Part shown: piece by piece, positions 38,880-49,463 of the stretch | Layout of the letters: every line of letters begins with the position of its first letter | Position numbering within the stretch: position 1 is the first letter of the stretch | Source: Verrucomicrobiota bacterium | GTDB lineage: Bacteria; Verrucomicrobiota; Verrucomicrobiia; Palsa-1439 | Assembly (NCBI GenBank): GCA_037127585.1 | Contig: JBAXYB010000004.1 | Coordinates: 4,022 to 68,021 of the forward strand | DNA: 64,000 nt | Reading direction: 5' to 3' | Translations under genes and position numbers: made by a program | Notes under the pieces: generated by a model | Database searches by the model: none | What the model was told of the DNA's origin: nothing | What the model saw: only the letters and a program-made list of their open reading frames with translations

Positions 38880-39011
38880 GGCTCTAAGCCGTCGCCACGA
38901 TGCGTTCCATCGCAGCTTCTTGCTGCTCGATGGATTCAACAAGCCGAAACTGGGTCCGCGCCCGGTCGAGGTTGTGCCCGTCCCGATGCGTCTTGAAATA
39001 CGTGTCACCGT

Positions 39012-39953
39012 TCAAGAAATCCGCCAGAAGCGAATCCCGATTTCAAAAGTGATCAGTTTACCGGAAAAGACCAGCTGCCGGCGTTCAGCCGGCGTGAGAA
39101 ACTCACCGGCCGTGCTGAGATAGCCCCGCACGAGTGCCTCGAACAACGGAAATTGCATTTTGACCTTTGTCAGATCACGTTCGTCTTCCTTGCTCGGGCT
39201 GGTGGTGGTGCGAACCATGTCGCCGAAATCATAGAGCACCAACCCCGGCATCACCGTGTCGAGATCAATGACGCAGATCCCCTTGCCCGTCGCATCGTCG
39301 AGCATGACGTTGTTGAATTTCGTGTCGTTGTGCGTGATGCGTTCCGGCAACCCGGCTTCAATCAAGACCGGCGTGATCGCCTTCCGCCGAAGGGCAAATT
39401 CGATTTCGGGTTTCGCCAGCGCGGCGCGATTGGCCACGTCCGCCGCGATGGCCGTCTCCAACGCCGCGAACCGTTTCGGCGTGTGGTGGAAATCGGGAAT
39501 GGTGTCGTGCAACCGCGGCGCCGGTAAGTCCGCGAGCTGCTGTTGAAACTGGCCAAAAGCGCGCGCGGCTTGGTACGCTTGCTGGGGTTGCTCAACCGCA
39601 TCGTAGGTGTGAGCGCGGTCGATGAATTGGTACGCGCGCCAGTGGTTGCCGGCTTCGTCGCAATAAAAGATCTGCCCGGCGCGTGCCGGCACGAGGGTGA
39701 GCGCCCGGTCGCTGCCGTTGGTGAGTTTAGTGCGCAGATGATCGGTGACGCGCTGGATGTTTTCCATCACGGCCACCGGGTTCTTAAAGACGGCGTGATT
39801 GATGCGCTGGAGAATGTACTGCCCACCGGCACAGGTCACGCGGTAGGTGTCGTTGATGTGGCCGCTGCCGTACGGTTCGGATGTGACCATCGCACCGGCA
39901 AACTGAAATTGCCGGCTGATGGCGTGAACATCGTGGGGTGGATTCTTGTGCAT
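39012..39953 (-). CDS. phosphotransferase-family protein (APH/choline-kinase-like fold)
   Basis: Brenner-like motif HNDTKFNNVML and a D-x-D region (IDLDTV) are present. The substrate is unknown. Confidence 0.5.
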   Translation of the reverse strand: MHKNPPHDVHAISRQFQFAGAMVTSEPYGSGHINDTYRVTCAGGQYILQRINHAVFKNPVAVMENIQRVTDHLRTKLTNGSDRALTLVPARAGQIFYCDEAGNHWRAYQFIDRAHTYDAVEQPQQAYQAARAFGQFQQQLADLPAPRLHDTIPDFHHTPKRFAALETAIAADVANRAALAKPEIEFALRRKAITPVLIEAGLPERITHNDTKFNNVMLDDATGKGICVIDLDTVMPGLVLYDFGDMVRTTTSPSKEDERDLTKVKMQFPLFEALVRGYLSTAGEFLTPAERRQLVFSGKLITFEIGIRFWRIS

Positions 39954-40059
39954 GGCCTCGACCGGGGCGCAGTGTGGCCGGCGCCGGCAACTCTGTCAAG
40001 TCGGCGACGTATTCCGCCCCACGTTGACTTGCCGGCGGCTGAAGTTTATAACCGCTCGC

Positions 40060-40533
40060 ATGGAACAGCTTTGGGCACCGTGGCGGATTCGGTACATTCT
40101 CGGGGAACGGGAGACCGGTTGTTTTTTCTGTAAAAGTTCGCAATCCGCTGCGGACGCCAAGAATCTGGTCCTCATCCGCGCGAAGACCAGCTTCGTGATG
40201 CTCAACGCTTATCCGTACAACGCCGGCCACTTGCTGGTTGCGCCCTATAAGCATACCGGCGAGTTGAGCGAGTTGGCGGAGTCGGAGTTGAACGAGATGA
40301 CCGGGCTGATTGTGCGGTGCAAGGAATTGCTGACGCGCGCGATGAAACCGCAAGGCTTCAACATCGGCCTCAATCTCGGCAAGACCGCCGGCGCGGGCGT
40401 GCTCGACCATGTCCATTGGCACATTGTCCCGCGGTGGGACGGCGACGTGAATTTCATGCCGGTCACGGCGGACACGCGCGTGGTGCCGCAGGCGCTCGAC
40501 GAATTGTACACCGCGTTGATGAAACACGTCTGA
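40060..40533 (+). CDS. HIT-family (histidine triad) protein
   Basis: CFFC... and the histidine triad region HVHWHIVPRW are present. Confidence 0.8.
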   Translation: MEQLWAPWRIRYILGERETGCFFCKSSQSAADAKNLVLIRAKTSFVMLNAYPYNAGHLLVAPYKHTGELSELAESELNEMTGLIVRCKELLTRAMKPQGFNIGLNLGKTAGAGVLDHVHWHIVPRWDGDVNFMPVTADTRVVPQALDELYTALMKHV

Positions 40534-40574
40534 GCCGTTGCGCACTTTGGCCGCGCGGTTTATAGTGCCCCCCA

Positions 40575-41219
40575 ATGAACCTCCCAGATCAAGTGGCCGT
40601 GTTTCCGTTGCCGAATACAATTCTGTTTCCCCGCGTGATGTTGCCGCTCTACATCTTTGAGCCCCGCTACCGGCAACTCTTAGCAGACGCCCTTGCCGGC
40701 GAACGTTTGGTGACAGTCGCCCTTCGGCAACCCACGGGACAACCGGCGCAACTGGCCGGCGTCGGCCTGATTCGGACCAGCCTCCTGCGGCCGGACGGCA
40801 CATCGACATTAGTTCTCGAGGGCGTCGCGCGGGTGCGAATCACCGAGTACGTTCAGATGAAGCCCTACCGGATCGCGCGGGTGACGCCGTGCGAAAGTTT
40901 CTCGCCAGCCCCACCGGCGCGGGAGGAATTGCAGGACATCGTCCGCCGGCTCGCCAAGGTGCGGGCAAAATTTGGGGCGCGGCTCCCGAAGTCGATGCTC
41001 GCCACCTTGCTTGCCGAAGAAGATGCGGATTACCTGACCGATCTGGTGAGCAACACGCTCATCGACGATTGCCAGGTGAAACAGCGCCTCCTCGAAACGC
41101 TGAATGTCAACGAGCGCGTCGACCGGCTGGTCGCGGAGTTACAACGCCAACTCCACCAGTTCGAGCTCTGGCGCAAACTGCAAGGCGACCTCCCCAACGA
41201 TCATGTCGGCAGAAATTGA
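40575..41219 (+). CDS. LON N-terminal (substrate-binding) domain protein
   Basis: VFPLPNTILFPRVMLPLYIFEPRYRQLL is the hallmark opening of the LON_substr_bdg domain. Confidence 0.7.
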   Translation: MNLPDQVAVFPLPNTILFPRVMLPLYIFEPRYRQLLADALAGERLVTVALRQPTGQPAQLAGVGLIRTSLLRPDGTSTLVLEGVARVRITEYVQMKPYRIARVTPCESFSPAPPAREELQDIVRRLAKVRAKFGARLPKSMLATLLAEEDADYLTDLVSNTLIDDCQVKQRLLETLNVNERVDRLVAELQRQLHQFELWRKLQGDLPNDHVGRN

Positions 41220-41904
41220 ACCGACTGCGACAGCGCCAACGCTGAACAATCTGAGCGCTGCGGCACTCGCCCAGTTGGTCTTGGGTTTGTATTTTCTATT
41301 TAGCGGCCTGCTGATGCTGGTCGCGGCGCTGACGGAATCATTCGTGGCCACGGCGCTGCGCCCGCTCTCAGTCATCCTCATTGGGGCTGGCGGTTTGGGG
41401 ATGGCGACCGGCGCCTGGCGGTTACACCGCGTGACCGGCTTGGGCGAGGCGTGGCGGAAACGGACCCGGGACTTATTAATCGCAACCGTGTTAGCGGCCT
41501 ACCTGAGCTTGTTCTTTATTCTGTGGCGGCAACTGCCGACGAACGGCTACCTGCTGGCGCATGCGCTGGCTTTTTTTGCGCTCGTGCTGGTCACGGTGTG
41601 CCTCCTCTGTCTGCCGGTCCGAGTGCTCGCGCACGCGGCGGACCGACCGGGCTTGGCAGTGCAAGCCGGGGCGTTTGGGACCGTGGCGCTGGTGTTACTG
41701 GTGCCGCCGTTTGGATTGATCGCGCAGCGGATGATCGAGGCGTTGCGGGAAGGAGTCGATCCGTTTGCGCTCCTTCAATTTTGGGTCGCGCACACCGCGG
41801 TTTGGATCACAATGGTTATGCTGGTGCCGTTTTCATTAACGCTCTCCTTGCTCTGGTCGACAAAAGATTTAGTGCTCGACCACCTCAACGCGCGCGCCGA
41901 TTGA
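41203..41904 (+). CDS. hypothetical integral membrane protein
   Basis: Several hydrophobic helices follow the ATG at 41203, and I recognise no domain. Confidence 0.45.
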   Translation: MSAEIEPTATAPTLNNLSAAALAQLVLGLYFLFSGLLMLVAALTESFVATALRPLSVILIGAGGLGMATGAWRLHRVTGLGEAWRKRTRDLLIATVLAAYLSLFFILWRQLPTNGYLLAHALAFFALVLVTVCLLCLPVRVLAHAADRPGLAVQAGAFGTVALVLLVPPFGLIAQRMIEALREGVDPFALLQFWVAHTAVWITMVMLVPFSLTLSLLWSTKDLVLDHLNARAD

Positions 41905-41907
41905 CCG

Positions 41908-42615
41908 TCACGCCTCCGGGAAGCTGACGATCACGCGGCCTTTTTTCCGGACGAGAAGCCGGTCGAAGACCAGCATCCGCAGACTTTTCGCCACAGTGAC
42001 CGGCGGACTGACCGGCTCGACGCGGCCCTGCCGGATCGATGCAAAGATTGCCGGCACCGTCGGCGCGGCATCCACCCGCGTAAAATGCTGGCCAAACATC
42101 CACAACGCGTGCGCGTCCGAATTAGCAATCAGCGGTTTGCCGTGTTGCGCGGCGAACCGGCGGGCGCGGTTGTTGAACGCGTCAAACCAAGTGAAATGCA
42201 TCCCGGCAATCTCGATGGCGTCGAAGAGATCCAGGTTGCGCTCCAGTTCCCGCCCGAGACAACAGCCCTTCGGATAAAACGGATGCGGTGCGATCACGAG
42301 CAATTCCGCCCCCCGTTCGCGCCGGTAGGCCCGCAAATCGGCATACGTCTTCAGCCGGTCAACATCCCGCGGCGGAATATTGAAGAGCAGCACATCGCGC
42401 CCGGCGAAACTCCACTCAACCGCCTGGATCAGCAATAAACCTTTGGCGCGCGCGTAATCGAAAACGCGTTCGTCATCGAACACTTTTCGGTGCAGCGTGA
42501 TTGCGATCGCAGCAAACTCCAACGCCACGGCCTTGTCGATTAACTGCGTCGCCGTGTACGGCAAGCCGTCGAACGGGTCGTCGCCCGTGTGCATATGGAG
42601 ATCGATCTTAATCAT
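41908..42615 (-). CDS. PHP-domain (polymerase/histidinol-phosphatase-like) metal-dependent phosphoesterase
   Basis: MIKIDLHMHT carries the HxH motif at the N-terminus, and downstream His/Asp residues (NSDAH) are present. Confidence 0.7.
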   Translation of the reverse strand: MIKIDLHMHTGDDPFDGLPYTATQLIDKAVALEFAAIAITLHRKVFDDERVFDYARAKGLLLIQAVEWSFAGRDVLLFNIPPRDVDRLKTYADLRAYRRERGAELLVIAPHPFYPKGCCLGRELERNLDLFDAIEIAGMHFTWFDAFNNRARRFAAQHGKPLIANSDAHALWMFGQHFTRVDAAPTVPAIFASIRQGRVEPVSPPVTVAKSLRMLVFDRLLVRKKGRVIVSFPEA

Positions 42616-45602
42616 GTCACGTTCACCACGTCGCCGGTGCGGAGGAAGAAGACGAGCAGTTCTTCGACCGCGATGCCGGCGGTTTTGTTCAGCGCCTCAC
42701 GGTAGGCGCGCAGTTGAGCCTGATATTGCAACGCCTCTTGCGTCACATCGGTTTTGTAATCCACGAGCACCCACCGGCTCTGCTCGCGAAACAGTAAATC
42801 AATTCGGCCTTCCAACGTTCCATCGGCAAACGGCAACTCCCGGTAAACCTCATCCGCCTGACCAGCGCGGGTGAGCAACGGCGAACGGAGCGCGCGTTCG
42901 ACCCACGTCTTGGCGTCATCAGTCAAACCGGTTGCGTCCAATCGTTCCAACGCCGCGTGAACGAGCGTTCCGATTTCCATCGCCCGTTCGCGCGCAACCC
43001 CGGTCGGCTCGTCTTCCGCCTCAAGCTTCGACGGACTCACGCGCAACGCCGACTTCCCAGCTCGCTCCAACAACGCCGTGCGCTCCGCCTGCCAGGCCGC
43101 GCGGTTGAACGTTCGGACATCCGCCGCCGCCGGTTCGCCCACAACCACCGCCGGCAAGTCGCCGATAATTTCCACCACGGCACTCTCGCCCAGCTCGAAG
43201 CCGCGCTTCAAGAGGTCAAGCCGCTCACCTTTTTCGGCAAACCACGGGATGATCAGTTGCCGGCGCGCGCGGGTGGCCGCCACGTAGAGCAACCGGATTT
43301 CCTCGGCTTCATCGCGCAAGTCTTGCTCGCCAACTGCCGGTTCAAAACCGGTGGTCTTGCAGCCGGCAAAGCGCAACTGGAAATTCTGCGCTGCCCGATC
43401 CGGCACAAGTCGCGCGCCGCTGTCGCTGGATTTACCGGCCAGATCGGCGAGAATCACGACTGGAAATTCGAGACCCTTCGATTTGTGCATCGAGAGCAAT
43501 TGCACGGCCGGCGCTTGATCTTCGTGGGCCGGTGCGGGTTCTTCGTCCATCCCGGCCATGACGGTCTGGCGGAGTTGCCGGACGAAGCCGCGCAAGGAAC
43601 GGATGCCGGCAGCTTCGACTTGCCGGGCCAGTTCGAGTGCTTTGAGCAGATTCGCGACGCTGGCTTGACCGTCGGCGCTGACGGAGAAACAGGCCTGACA
43701 GAGATGCGTCCGCGCGAAGACTTGTTCGACGAAACCGGCCACGGAGAATTGATGCCGGGCATCGTGGAGTTCGCGCAGGAGGCGGAAGGTCGGGTTGTCG
43801 GCGCGCAAGTAACTCAGGCCACCGGCTTCGTTGGCGAGAAGGATTTGCTCGTCGCTCCAACCAAACAACGGCGACCGGAGAACGGCAATGAGATTGAGTT
43901 TGTCGTTCGGATTGTCGAGGCAACACAAGAGCGCGATCAAGGTCTGAATCTCTTGCCGTTGATAGTAACCACGACCGCCGATGATGCGAAACGGAACGCT
44001 GGTTTCGAGGAAGACTTCGGCAAACACTTCCACGCCGGTAAAACTTCGGAAGAGCAATGCGACATCGTTCCAGGGGATCTGCTGGCGGTGGAGATACCGA
44101 GCGATGGCGGTGGCTTCGGCACGACGGGCGGCGTCGATGGATTGTTTTTCGGGGATTGATGCCGGCCGCAAGAGCGTGATCTTGCCGGCGGCCGGGTGCG
44201 AGGCTTCGAGTTCGATGTAGTGCGGTTGATAGCTGGTCGGCTGAAACATCTTGGCGAAGACTGAATTTACCCAGTCGATGATGTTGGCCTGGCTGCGGAA
44301 GTTGCGCTGGAACTGGACGACTTGGCCGGTCGCCCCCAACTGCTGCCGCGTGCCGGCGTACATCTCGATGTCGGCCCGCCGAAAACCGTAGATGCTTTGT
44401 TTGGGATCGCCAACGATGAAGAGTTTTCCCGGTGTGTCGCCGCCGAGAGCGAGGACGATTTCGTTTTGGACCGGGTCGGTATCCTGAAATTCATCAACAA
44501 GAAGGAACTTGTACCGGTCTTGGAACTCCTGGCGGATGGCTGGCCCGCGCAGGAGGTCGCGCGTTTGTTCCAAGAGATCATCGAAGTCGAGCACGGCTTG
44601 GGAGTTTTTATATTGCTGAAAATGACCGACAAAGCCGGTCAGCCAGCCGGCCAGTTCCACCAGAAAGTTGTGTTCAGTGGCCGCGGTGTAATCGGCGATG
44701 ACGGCTTTGAGTTCTTTGATAGTCGCTTTGGTTTCGATGAATACCGCGGGCGAATCGAAATCGGCTTTGCGTTTTGGCTCGGAAAGTTCGACCGCGGAGA
44801 GCAACGCCGCCGCGCGCTCGGCCGAGGCAGTCGCCAGTTGCGGCAGGACATCGAGAAAGGATTTCACTCGTTGATAGAAGGTCTCGGCCGGCGCGACGTT
44901 GTGTTTGAGGCACCGCTCCAAGACTGGTGCTGCCGCTTCGAGTTCCCGGCGGATCGATTGCGGGTCGGCCGGGCACAGCGCCGGCCACGGTTGGTCGGTG
45001 AGCCGTGACCGCTGCTCTATCAACAGCGTCGCGAGCTCTTTGAGTTGGGGGATTCCGATCTCGCGCATCAAGGCCTGACGCAACGCAGCGGGATTTTTCG
45101 TCAGTTCGGATTCCAGCCAATTCGCCCACGCTTCATCGAGGAGCAATTGCTGCTGCAAATTATCGGCGACCGCAAACTGCGGATCGAGGCGCGCTTCGAC
45201 GGGCCGCTCGCGCAAAAGCGACGCGCAGAACGAATGAATCGTCGTAATGGGGGCGCGTTCCAAATCGCTGAGAGCTTGCCGGAGTGCGGCGCCGGTCACT
45301 TTCTTTTCCAGTTCTTCGCGCAGCCGCAACTTCAACTCCCCCGCCGCTTTCTCGGTAAATGTGATCGCGACATTCTCGTAAAGCCGCGCCCGGCCACTGG
45401 TCACCGCCGTCAGGATGCGCGCGACCAATGCCGTGGTCTTGCCGGTGCCGGCGGCAGCTTCGACGAAGAATGTCGTGTCGAGTTGCGTCGCGGTGGCGCG
45501 GCGCGCTTCTTGATCGATGGGAGGGCGAAGCTCCGGCTGAGCCGCCGGGGGCATGGCTCGCCGGGAGGCTCGCCCTCCCAACGACTCGCGTTCAGGACTC
45601 AT
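42612..45602 (-). CDS. addA: UvrD-like helicase with a C-terminal PD-(D/E)xK nuclease (AddA/RecB-like)
   Basis: Walker A is AGTGKTT, and helicase motifs, a C-terminal nuclease domain, and a stop/start overlap with the upstream addB-like gene are all present. Confidence 0.75.
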   Translation of the reverse strand: MSPERESLGGRASRRAMPPAAQPELRPPIDQEARRATATQLDTTFFVEAAAGTGKTTALVARILTAVTSGRARLYENVAITFTEKAAGELKLRLREELEKKVTGAALRQALSDLERAPITTIHSFCASLLRERPVEARLDPQFAVADNLQQQLLLDEAWANWLESELTKNPAALRQALMREIGIPQLKELATLLIEQRSRLTDQPWPALCPADPQSIRRELEAAAPVLERCLKHNVAPAETFYQRVKSFLDVLPQLATASAERAAALLSAVELSEPKRKADFDSPAVFIETKATIKELKAVIADYTAATEHNFLVELAGWLTGFVGHFQQYKNSQAVLDFDDLLEQTRDLLRGPAIRQEFQDRYKFLLVDEFQDTDPVQNEIVLALGGDTPGKLFIVGDPKQSIYGFRRADIEMYAGTRQQLGATGQVVQFQRNFRSQANIIDWVNSVFAKMFQPTSYQPHYIELEASHPAAGKITLLRPASIPEKQSIDAARRAEATAIARYLHRQQIPWNDVALLFRSFTGVEVFAEVFLETSVPFRIIGGRGYYQRQEIQTLIALLCCLDNPNDKLNLIAVLRSPLFGWSDEQILLANEAGGLSYLRADNPTFRLLRELHDARHQFSVAGFVEQVFARTHLCQACFSVSADGQASVANLLKALELARQVEAAGIRSLRGFVRQLRQTVMAGMDEEPAPAHEDQAPAVQLLSMHKSKGLEFPVVILADLAGKSSDSGARLVPDRAAQNFQLRFAGCKTTGFEPAVGEQDLRDEAEEIRLLYVAATRARRQLIIPWFAEKGERLDLLKRGFELGESAVVEIIGDLPAVVVGEPAAADVRTFNRAAWQAERTALLERAGKSALRVSPSKLEAEDEPTGVARERAMEIGTLVHAALERLDATGLTDDAKTWVERALRSPLLTRAGQADEVYRELPFADGTLEGRIDLLFREQSRWVLVDYKTDVTQEALQYQAQLRAYREALNKTAGIAVEELLVFFLRTGDVVNVT
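45519..45579. repeat. family-A palindrome inside the first 30 codons of addA
   Basis: GGGAGGGCGAAGCTCCGGCTGAGCC...GGCTCGCCGGGAGGCTCGCCCTCCC, translated as part of MSPERESLGGRASRRAMPPAAQPELRPP. Confidence 0.6.
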
Positions 45603-48421
45603 GCCACGGTCTCCTTGATGTGCTGGAACGCACCGAGACGTTCGTCGCCGGTCTTCCGCTCGGTCAGTTTCAGGACGCCGTTGCCACAGATGGGACGGAA
45701 ATCACAATTCCGGCAATTCTCCACCGTAGCGTGTTGCGCGAAGACGCCGTCCCGAATCATGTCGGACGCCGTCTGCAAGAGCCCGGTCAACTCCGCGCGC
45801 CGGTCGTCGAGCGCGGCGTGCGAGAATTTCACCGCGCGGTAACCACCGCGCATCGTGAAGTAGAGGTAACTCGCGTCGTCAACCGTCACGCCCGGCAGGA
45901 GTTGTTCGGCGGCCAGCAGATAGAGCGGCAACTGCAACGTCTCGCCGGCGGCCAGCGAATTATTCTTTAAACCGCGCGGCAGCTTGCCGGCTTTGTAGTC
46001 GAGAACGCGCGCGTGGTGGCCGGTGGTCGAGAAATCAATCCGGTCGATCTTGCCGCGGAGTCGGACCGGCGGCGCGACGACCAGATCTTTGAATTCCTTC
46101 TCGAATTCGCGGGGCTGCCACTCGTCACTTAGCCGGCGCTGTTCGCGGGCCACAAACGCGGTGACTTCGTGCCGGATGATCTCCTTTTTGATTTCCCAAA
46201 CCGTCGGATAGCCGGTGACTCCGGTGCGGGCGAACTCTTGGAATTGTTCATCAATCACCGCCAACGTTCCCCGCCGGTAATAGTCCTCCAAAATTGCGTG
46301 GTACAGCGACCCGAGATCGAGCGCGTCGATGACGATCGTGGCCTCTGGTTCTTCCCACTTCTCGACGCCGAGCACGTGCTGCTGGAAATAGGCGAACGGA
46401 CATTGGAAGAACTTTTCCAGCGAGGTCGCACTGATGACGAGTTTCTCCAGACCGAACCGGTCGCGGAGGAGTTTGAGCGCGGCGGGGTCGGCAATGACGC
46501 CATCATACCGGGTCAGGCGCGACTCACGCCACCGGGTTTTCTCCGCCGCAACACCTCCGGCTACCACGGGCAATGTTTGCGCGAGATATTGGTCGCGGTC
46601 GGCGGCGTGGTGTAAGGCGACGAGGTCGAACTCGCGTTCGTCCACAGCTTCGACATCGTCCCGGAACGCAGCGAGCGGCACGACTTGACACGGCATCGAT
46701 TTGAAATCCGTGGCGCCGGTCGCTTCGAGCAGTAACGACGACGGGACGCGGGGTCGAGCCGTACCGGCATCGAGGCGCGGGAAACTCAGGATGAGTTGGT
46801 CGCGCGCGACGCGACAGGTCAGATCGAACAGTAAGCGCTCTTCGTCGTGGCCGTGGCGTTTTAAAGGGAGCGCGGCGCTGAGTTGTTGGCGCTCGTCGTC
46901 GAGCAAGAGTGGGTCTTCGCGGATGACGCGAGGGAAACTCTTTTCGACAAGTCCGAGCAACACGACAAAATCAAAGCTCAAGCCGCGCGCGCCCATGACA
47001 TCGCTGACAAAGACGTTACCGGCTTGGAATCGTTCGGTTTGGTCGGTCGCGGCTTCGAGCGCTTTTTGACTGAACTCGGTGAACAACGGTAAGTCCACCG
47101 GTAGTTCCAGCGCGTCGAGTTCCGTGAGAGCTTCGATGGCGCCGATGACTTTGGCGTGGGTGCCGCCGAGTTGGCGGAAAGCGTTGAGCGTGGTTGTAAC
47201 CAACTCGCGCCAGGTGTTGTGCCGGGGTAACGCTTCGGTGGCGGCAAAGAGGTCGTCGATAAACCGGCGGAGTGATTCGTCGCCTTGGAGCCGGTCGTGC
47301 CATTGGGATTTTCCGCTGACGATCCCGAGGCGGACGGTCTGGGCGTCCCAGTGGGAATTCGGGCCGATGTGGCAGGCGAGTTCCATAACGGCGGCACGAC
47401 TGAAGTCAGACCGGATGGCGGCGAGGAGGAGCAACAGCAATTTGGCGTCGTGCTGTTCGGTGAGCGGCCGGCCACCACGGAAGAAGGCGCGGATGCCGAG
47501 TTGCGGAAGTGTGTCGCGGAGGATGGCGTCGTATTGGTCGCGCGACCGGCAGAGGATGGCGCAATCGTTGAAGGTCTTGCCGGGATTGGCGCGGAGGTAG
47601 GCGAAGATGGCGCGGACGGCTTCGCGGACTTCGGCGGTTTCGCCGGGGCAGGAGACGACTTGAGGGGGCGAAACGGTGAATGGGGGAGCGGGCGAAACGA
47701 CTTGATAGCCGAGCGATTTGAACCACGCGAGGAGCGGTTGGGAGTAGTCGTCGTGTTCGGTGGCGGGGAAGAAAATGGCGGACGGAGCGAGCGCGGCGAT
47801 GAATTGCTTCTGCGTCGCATTGAGGTCGTAGAAGCCGTAGAGGAAAAGTTCGCAGTTCTGGGTTCGCGGTTCGGGGTTGAGGAAGTTGTGCTCGGCGAGC
47901 CAGGCCCGGTAAGTCGTGTAGGCGGCGGCGAGCTCACGAAGCTTGGGGGTTGTGCCGGCGAGTTTGGTCAGGCCGGCTTCTTGGAGATCGGTGAAGGTGT
48001 TGCGCAACGCGGTGGCGAAGCCGGTCGTATGGCTGACCGGCGCAAAGTACCCATCCGCCGGTAAGGCGTGGGCGAGTTGCCGGCAGAGGAGTTCGAGGGC
48101 CAATGGCGGTGGGACTGTCGCCGGGCGCATCAGGTCATTGAGGGTTTGGAAGTCGACGTTGACGTGGGGGGCGAGTTTGCGGCGGAGGGCGAGACCGAGT
48201 AAATGCGTCGGGACGATGACGGTGACTGGCGCGAGTGGGCGCCGGGCTTGCAGGCGCGCCGCGAGCGCGGCTTCGAGCGTGGGCTGAAATGCGCCGAGAT
48301 GGATTTGGCGTGGCGTCGGCGCGGAAAAGTTGTTAGTCCTAGACACGTTGATGAAAATTTTGCCGAAGTATATCACACGGCAGTTGGCGACCACGCTGTT
48401 TTTCACGCTCGGCGTGTTCAC
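45599..48421 (-). CDS. addB: AddB-like PD-(D/E)xK nuclease subunit with a C-terminal Fe-S cysteine cluster
   Basis: The C-terminus (...ENCRNCDFRPICG) is typical of AddB. The 4-nt ATGA overlap with addA suggests translational coupling. The true N-terminus is uncertain. Confidence 0.65.
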   Translation of the reverse strand: MNTPSVKNSVVANCRVIYFGKIFINVSRTNNFSAPTPRQIHLGAFQPTLEAALAARLQARRPLAPVTVIVPTHLLGLALRRKLAPHVNVDFQTLNDLMRPATVPPPLALELLCRQLAHALPADGYFAPVSHTTGFATALRNTFTDLQEAGLTKLAGTTPKLRELAAAYTTYRAWLAEHNFLNPEPRTQNCELFLYGFYDLNATQKQFIAALAPSAIFFPATEHDDYSQPLLAWFKSLGYQVVSPAPPFTVSPPQVVSCPGETAEVREAVRAIFAYLRANPGKTFNDCAILCRSRDQYDAILRDTLPQLGIRAFFRGGRPLTEQHDAKLLLLLLAAIRSDFSRAAVMELACHIGPNSHWDAQTVRLGIVSGKSQWHDRLQGDESLRRFIDDLFAATEALPRHNTWRELVTTTLNAFRQLGGTHAKVIGAIEALTELDALELPVDLPLFTEFSQKALEAATDQTERFQAGNVFVSDVMGARGLSFDFVVLLGLVEKSFPRVIREDPLLLDDERQQLSAALPLKRHGHDEERLLFDLTCRVARDQLILSFPRLDAGTARPRVPSSLLLEATGATDFKSMPCQVVPLAAFRDDVEAVDEREFDLVALHHAADRDQYLAQTLPVVAGGVAAEKTRWRESRLTRYDGVIADPAALKLLRDRFGLEKLVISATSLEKFFQCPFAYFQQHVLGVEKWEEPEATIVIDALDLGSLYHAILEDYYRRGTLAVIDEQFQEFARTGVTGYPTVWEIKKEIIRHEVTAFVAREQRRLSDEWQPREFEKEFKDLVVAPPVRLRGKIDRIDFSTTGHHARVLDYKAGKLPRGLKNNSLAAGETLQLPLYLLAAEQLLPGVTVDDASYLYFTMRGGYRAVKFSHAALDDRRAELTGLLQTASDMIRDGVFAQHATVENCRNCDFRPICGNGVLKLTERKTGDERLGAFQHIKETVA

Positions 48422-49463
48422 GTTTGTGTTGTTGCTGGGGCGCGTGCTGAAGCAGCTCAGCGATCTGCTCGTGAACCGGCAAGTCGGGCTGGATGTCGTG
48501 GCGTGGTTTCTGGCGTTGTTGATGCCCAGCGTGATGAGCTTTTCGTTGCCGATGGCAATGCTGGCGTCAGTTTTGTTGGTGTTCGGGCGGATGAGCGCGG
48601 ATAGCGAGTTGACCGCGATGCGGGCCAGCGGGATAGGCCTCGGGCGGGTGGCGGCACCGGTGATTATTCTTTCGCTGTTGATGGGGGCGTTTTGTTTTTA
48701 CGTGAATACGGAACTGGCGCCGCTGTGCCGGTTTAAGTTTCGGACGTTGTTTCTGCAATTGAGCACGGAGAATCCGATGGCGTTGTTGGAGGAAGGGGCA
48801 TACATCAAAGACTTCCCGGGGTATGTCATCTACGTCGGCCGAAAACACGCCGACCATGTCGAGGATGTGTTGCTCTACACGCTCGACGATAAAGGCAACG
48901 TTGTCTCCAGCCTCCGCGCCCAACGCGGCACAGTGACCGGCAAAGCGGCCGAACGTAAGTTACTGCTCGACCTTTACGATGTGCGCGGCGATCTACACGA
49001 CCAGAGCGATCCGACCAACGTGCACAAGATCAGCCCCGGGACGACGGCGAACCACTACCCAATCGAATTAGATGTGTCGCAAGCGATCCGGCTGGCGCGG
49101 TCGGCGCGGACGTTGACGGATTTATTATTCAGCGAATTGCGCGACGAGATTGCCCGGTTGCGTAGTATCGGCATTTATCCGGCCGCGGCGCTGATGGAAG
49201 CACACCAGCGCGTCGCGTCGGCGGTCGCGTGCGTGGCGTTCACGTTGATCGGGATTCCGCTCGGCATCAAGGCGAGCCGGCGCGAAACGTCCATCGGGAT
49301 CGCGTTGAGTCTCGGGCTGGCGTCGATTTATTATTTGATGCTGGTTCTGGCGAGCACGCTGCGCAGCAAGCCGTACTTGTTTCCAGAGGCGATTCTCTGG
49401 ACACCGAATCTCATCTTTGAAGTGCTCGGCGTGTGGTTGCTCTGGCGTGTTAGTCGCGTGTAG
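48351..49463 (+). CDS. LptF/LptG-family lipopolysaccharide export permease (YjgP/YjgQ)
   Basis: The MKILPKYITRQ start and six-TM arrangement with a periplasmic beta-jellyroll region fit the LptF/G family. Confidence 0.65.
   Translation: MKILPKYITRQLATTLFFTLGVFTFVLLLGRVLKQLSDLLVNRQVGLDVVAWFLALLMPSVMSFSLPMAMLASVLLVFGRMSADSELTAMRASGIGLGRVAAPVIILSLLMGAFCFYVNTELAPLCRFKFRTLFLQLSTENPMALLEEGAYIKDFPGYVIYVGRKHADHVEDVLLYTLDDKGNVVSSLRAQRGTVTGKAAERKLLLDLYDVRGDLHDQSDPTNVHKISPGTTANHYPIELDVSQAIRLARSARTLTDLLFSELRDEIARLRSIGIYPAAALMEAHQRVASAVACVAFTLIGIPLGIKASRRETSIGIALSLGLASIYYLMLVLASTLRSKPYLFPEAILWTPNLIFEVLGVWLLWRVSRV

Noticed and set aside
38884-39060. Possible frameshifted C-terminal extension of the phosphotransferase gene, which would make it a pseudogene.
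   Set aside because: After the kinase stop, a different frame reads ...LADFLNGDTYFKTHRDGHNLDRARTQFRLVESIEQQEAAMERIVATA*. I cannot recognise this as an APH-family C-terminus, and the kinase ORF at 313 aa already has a plausible length.
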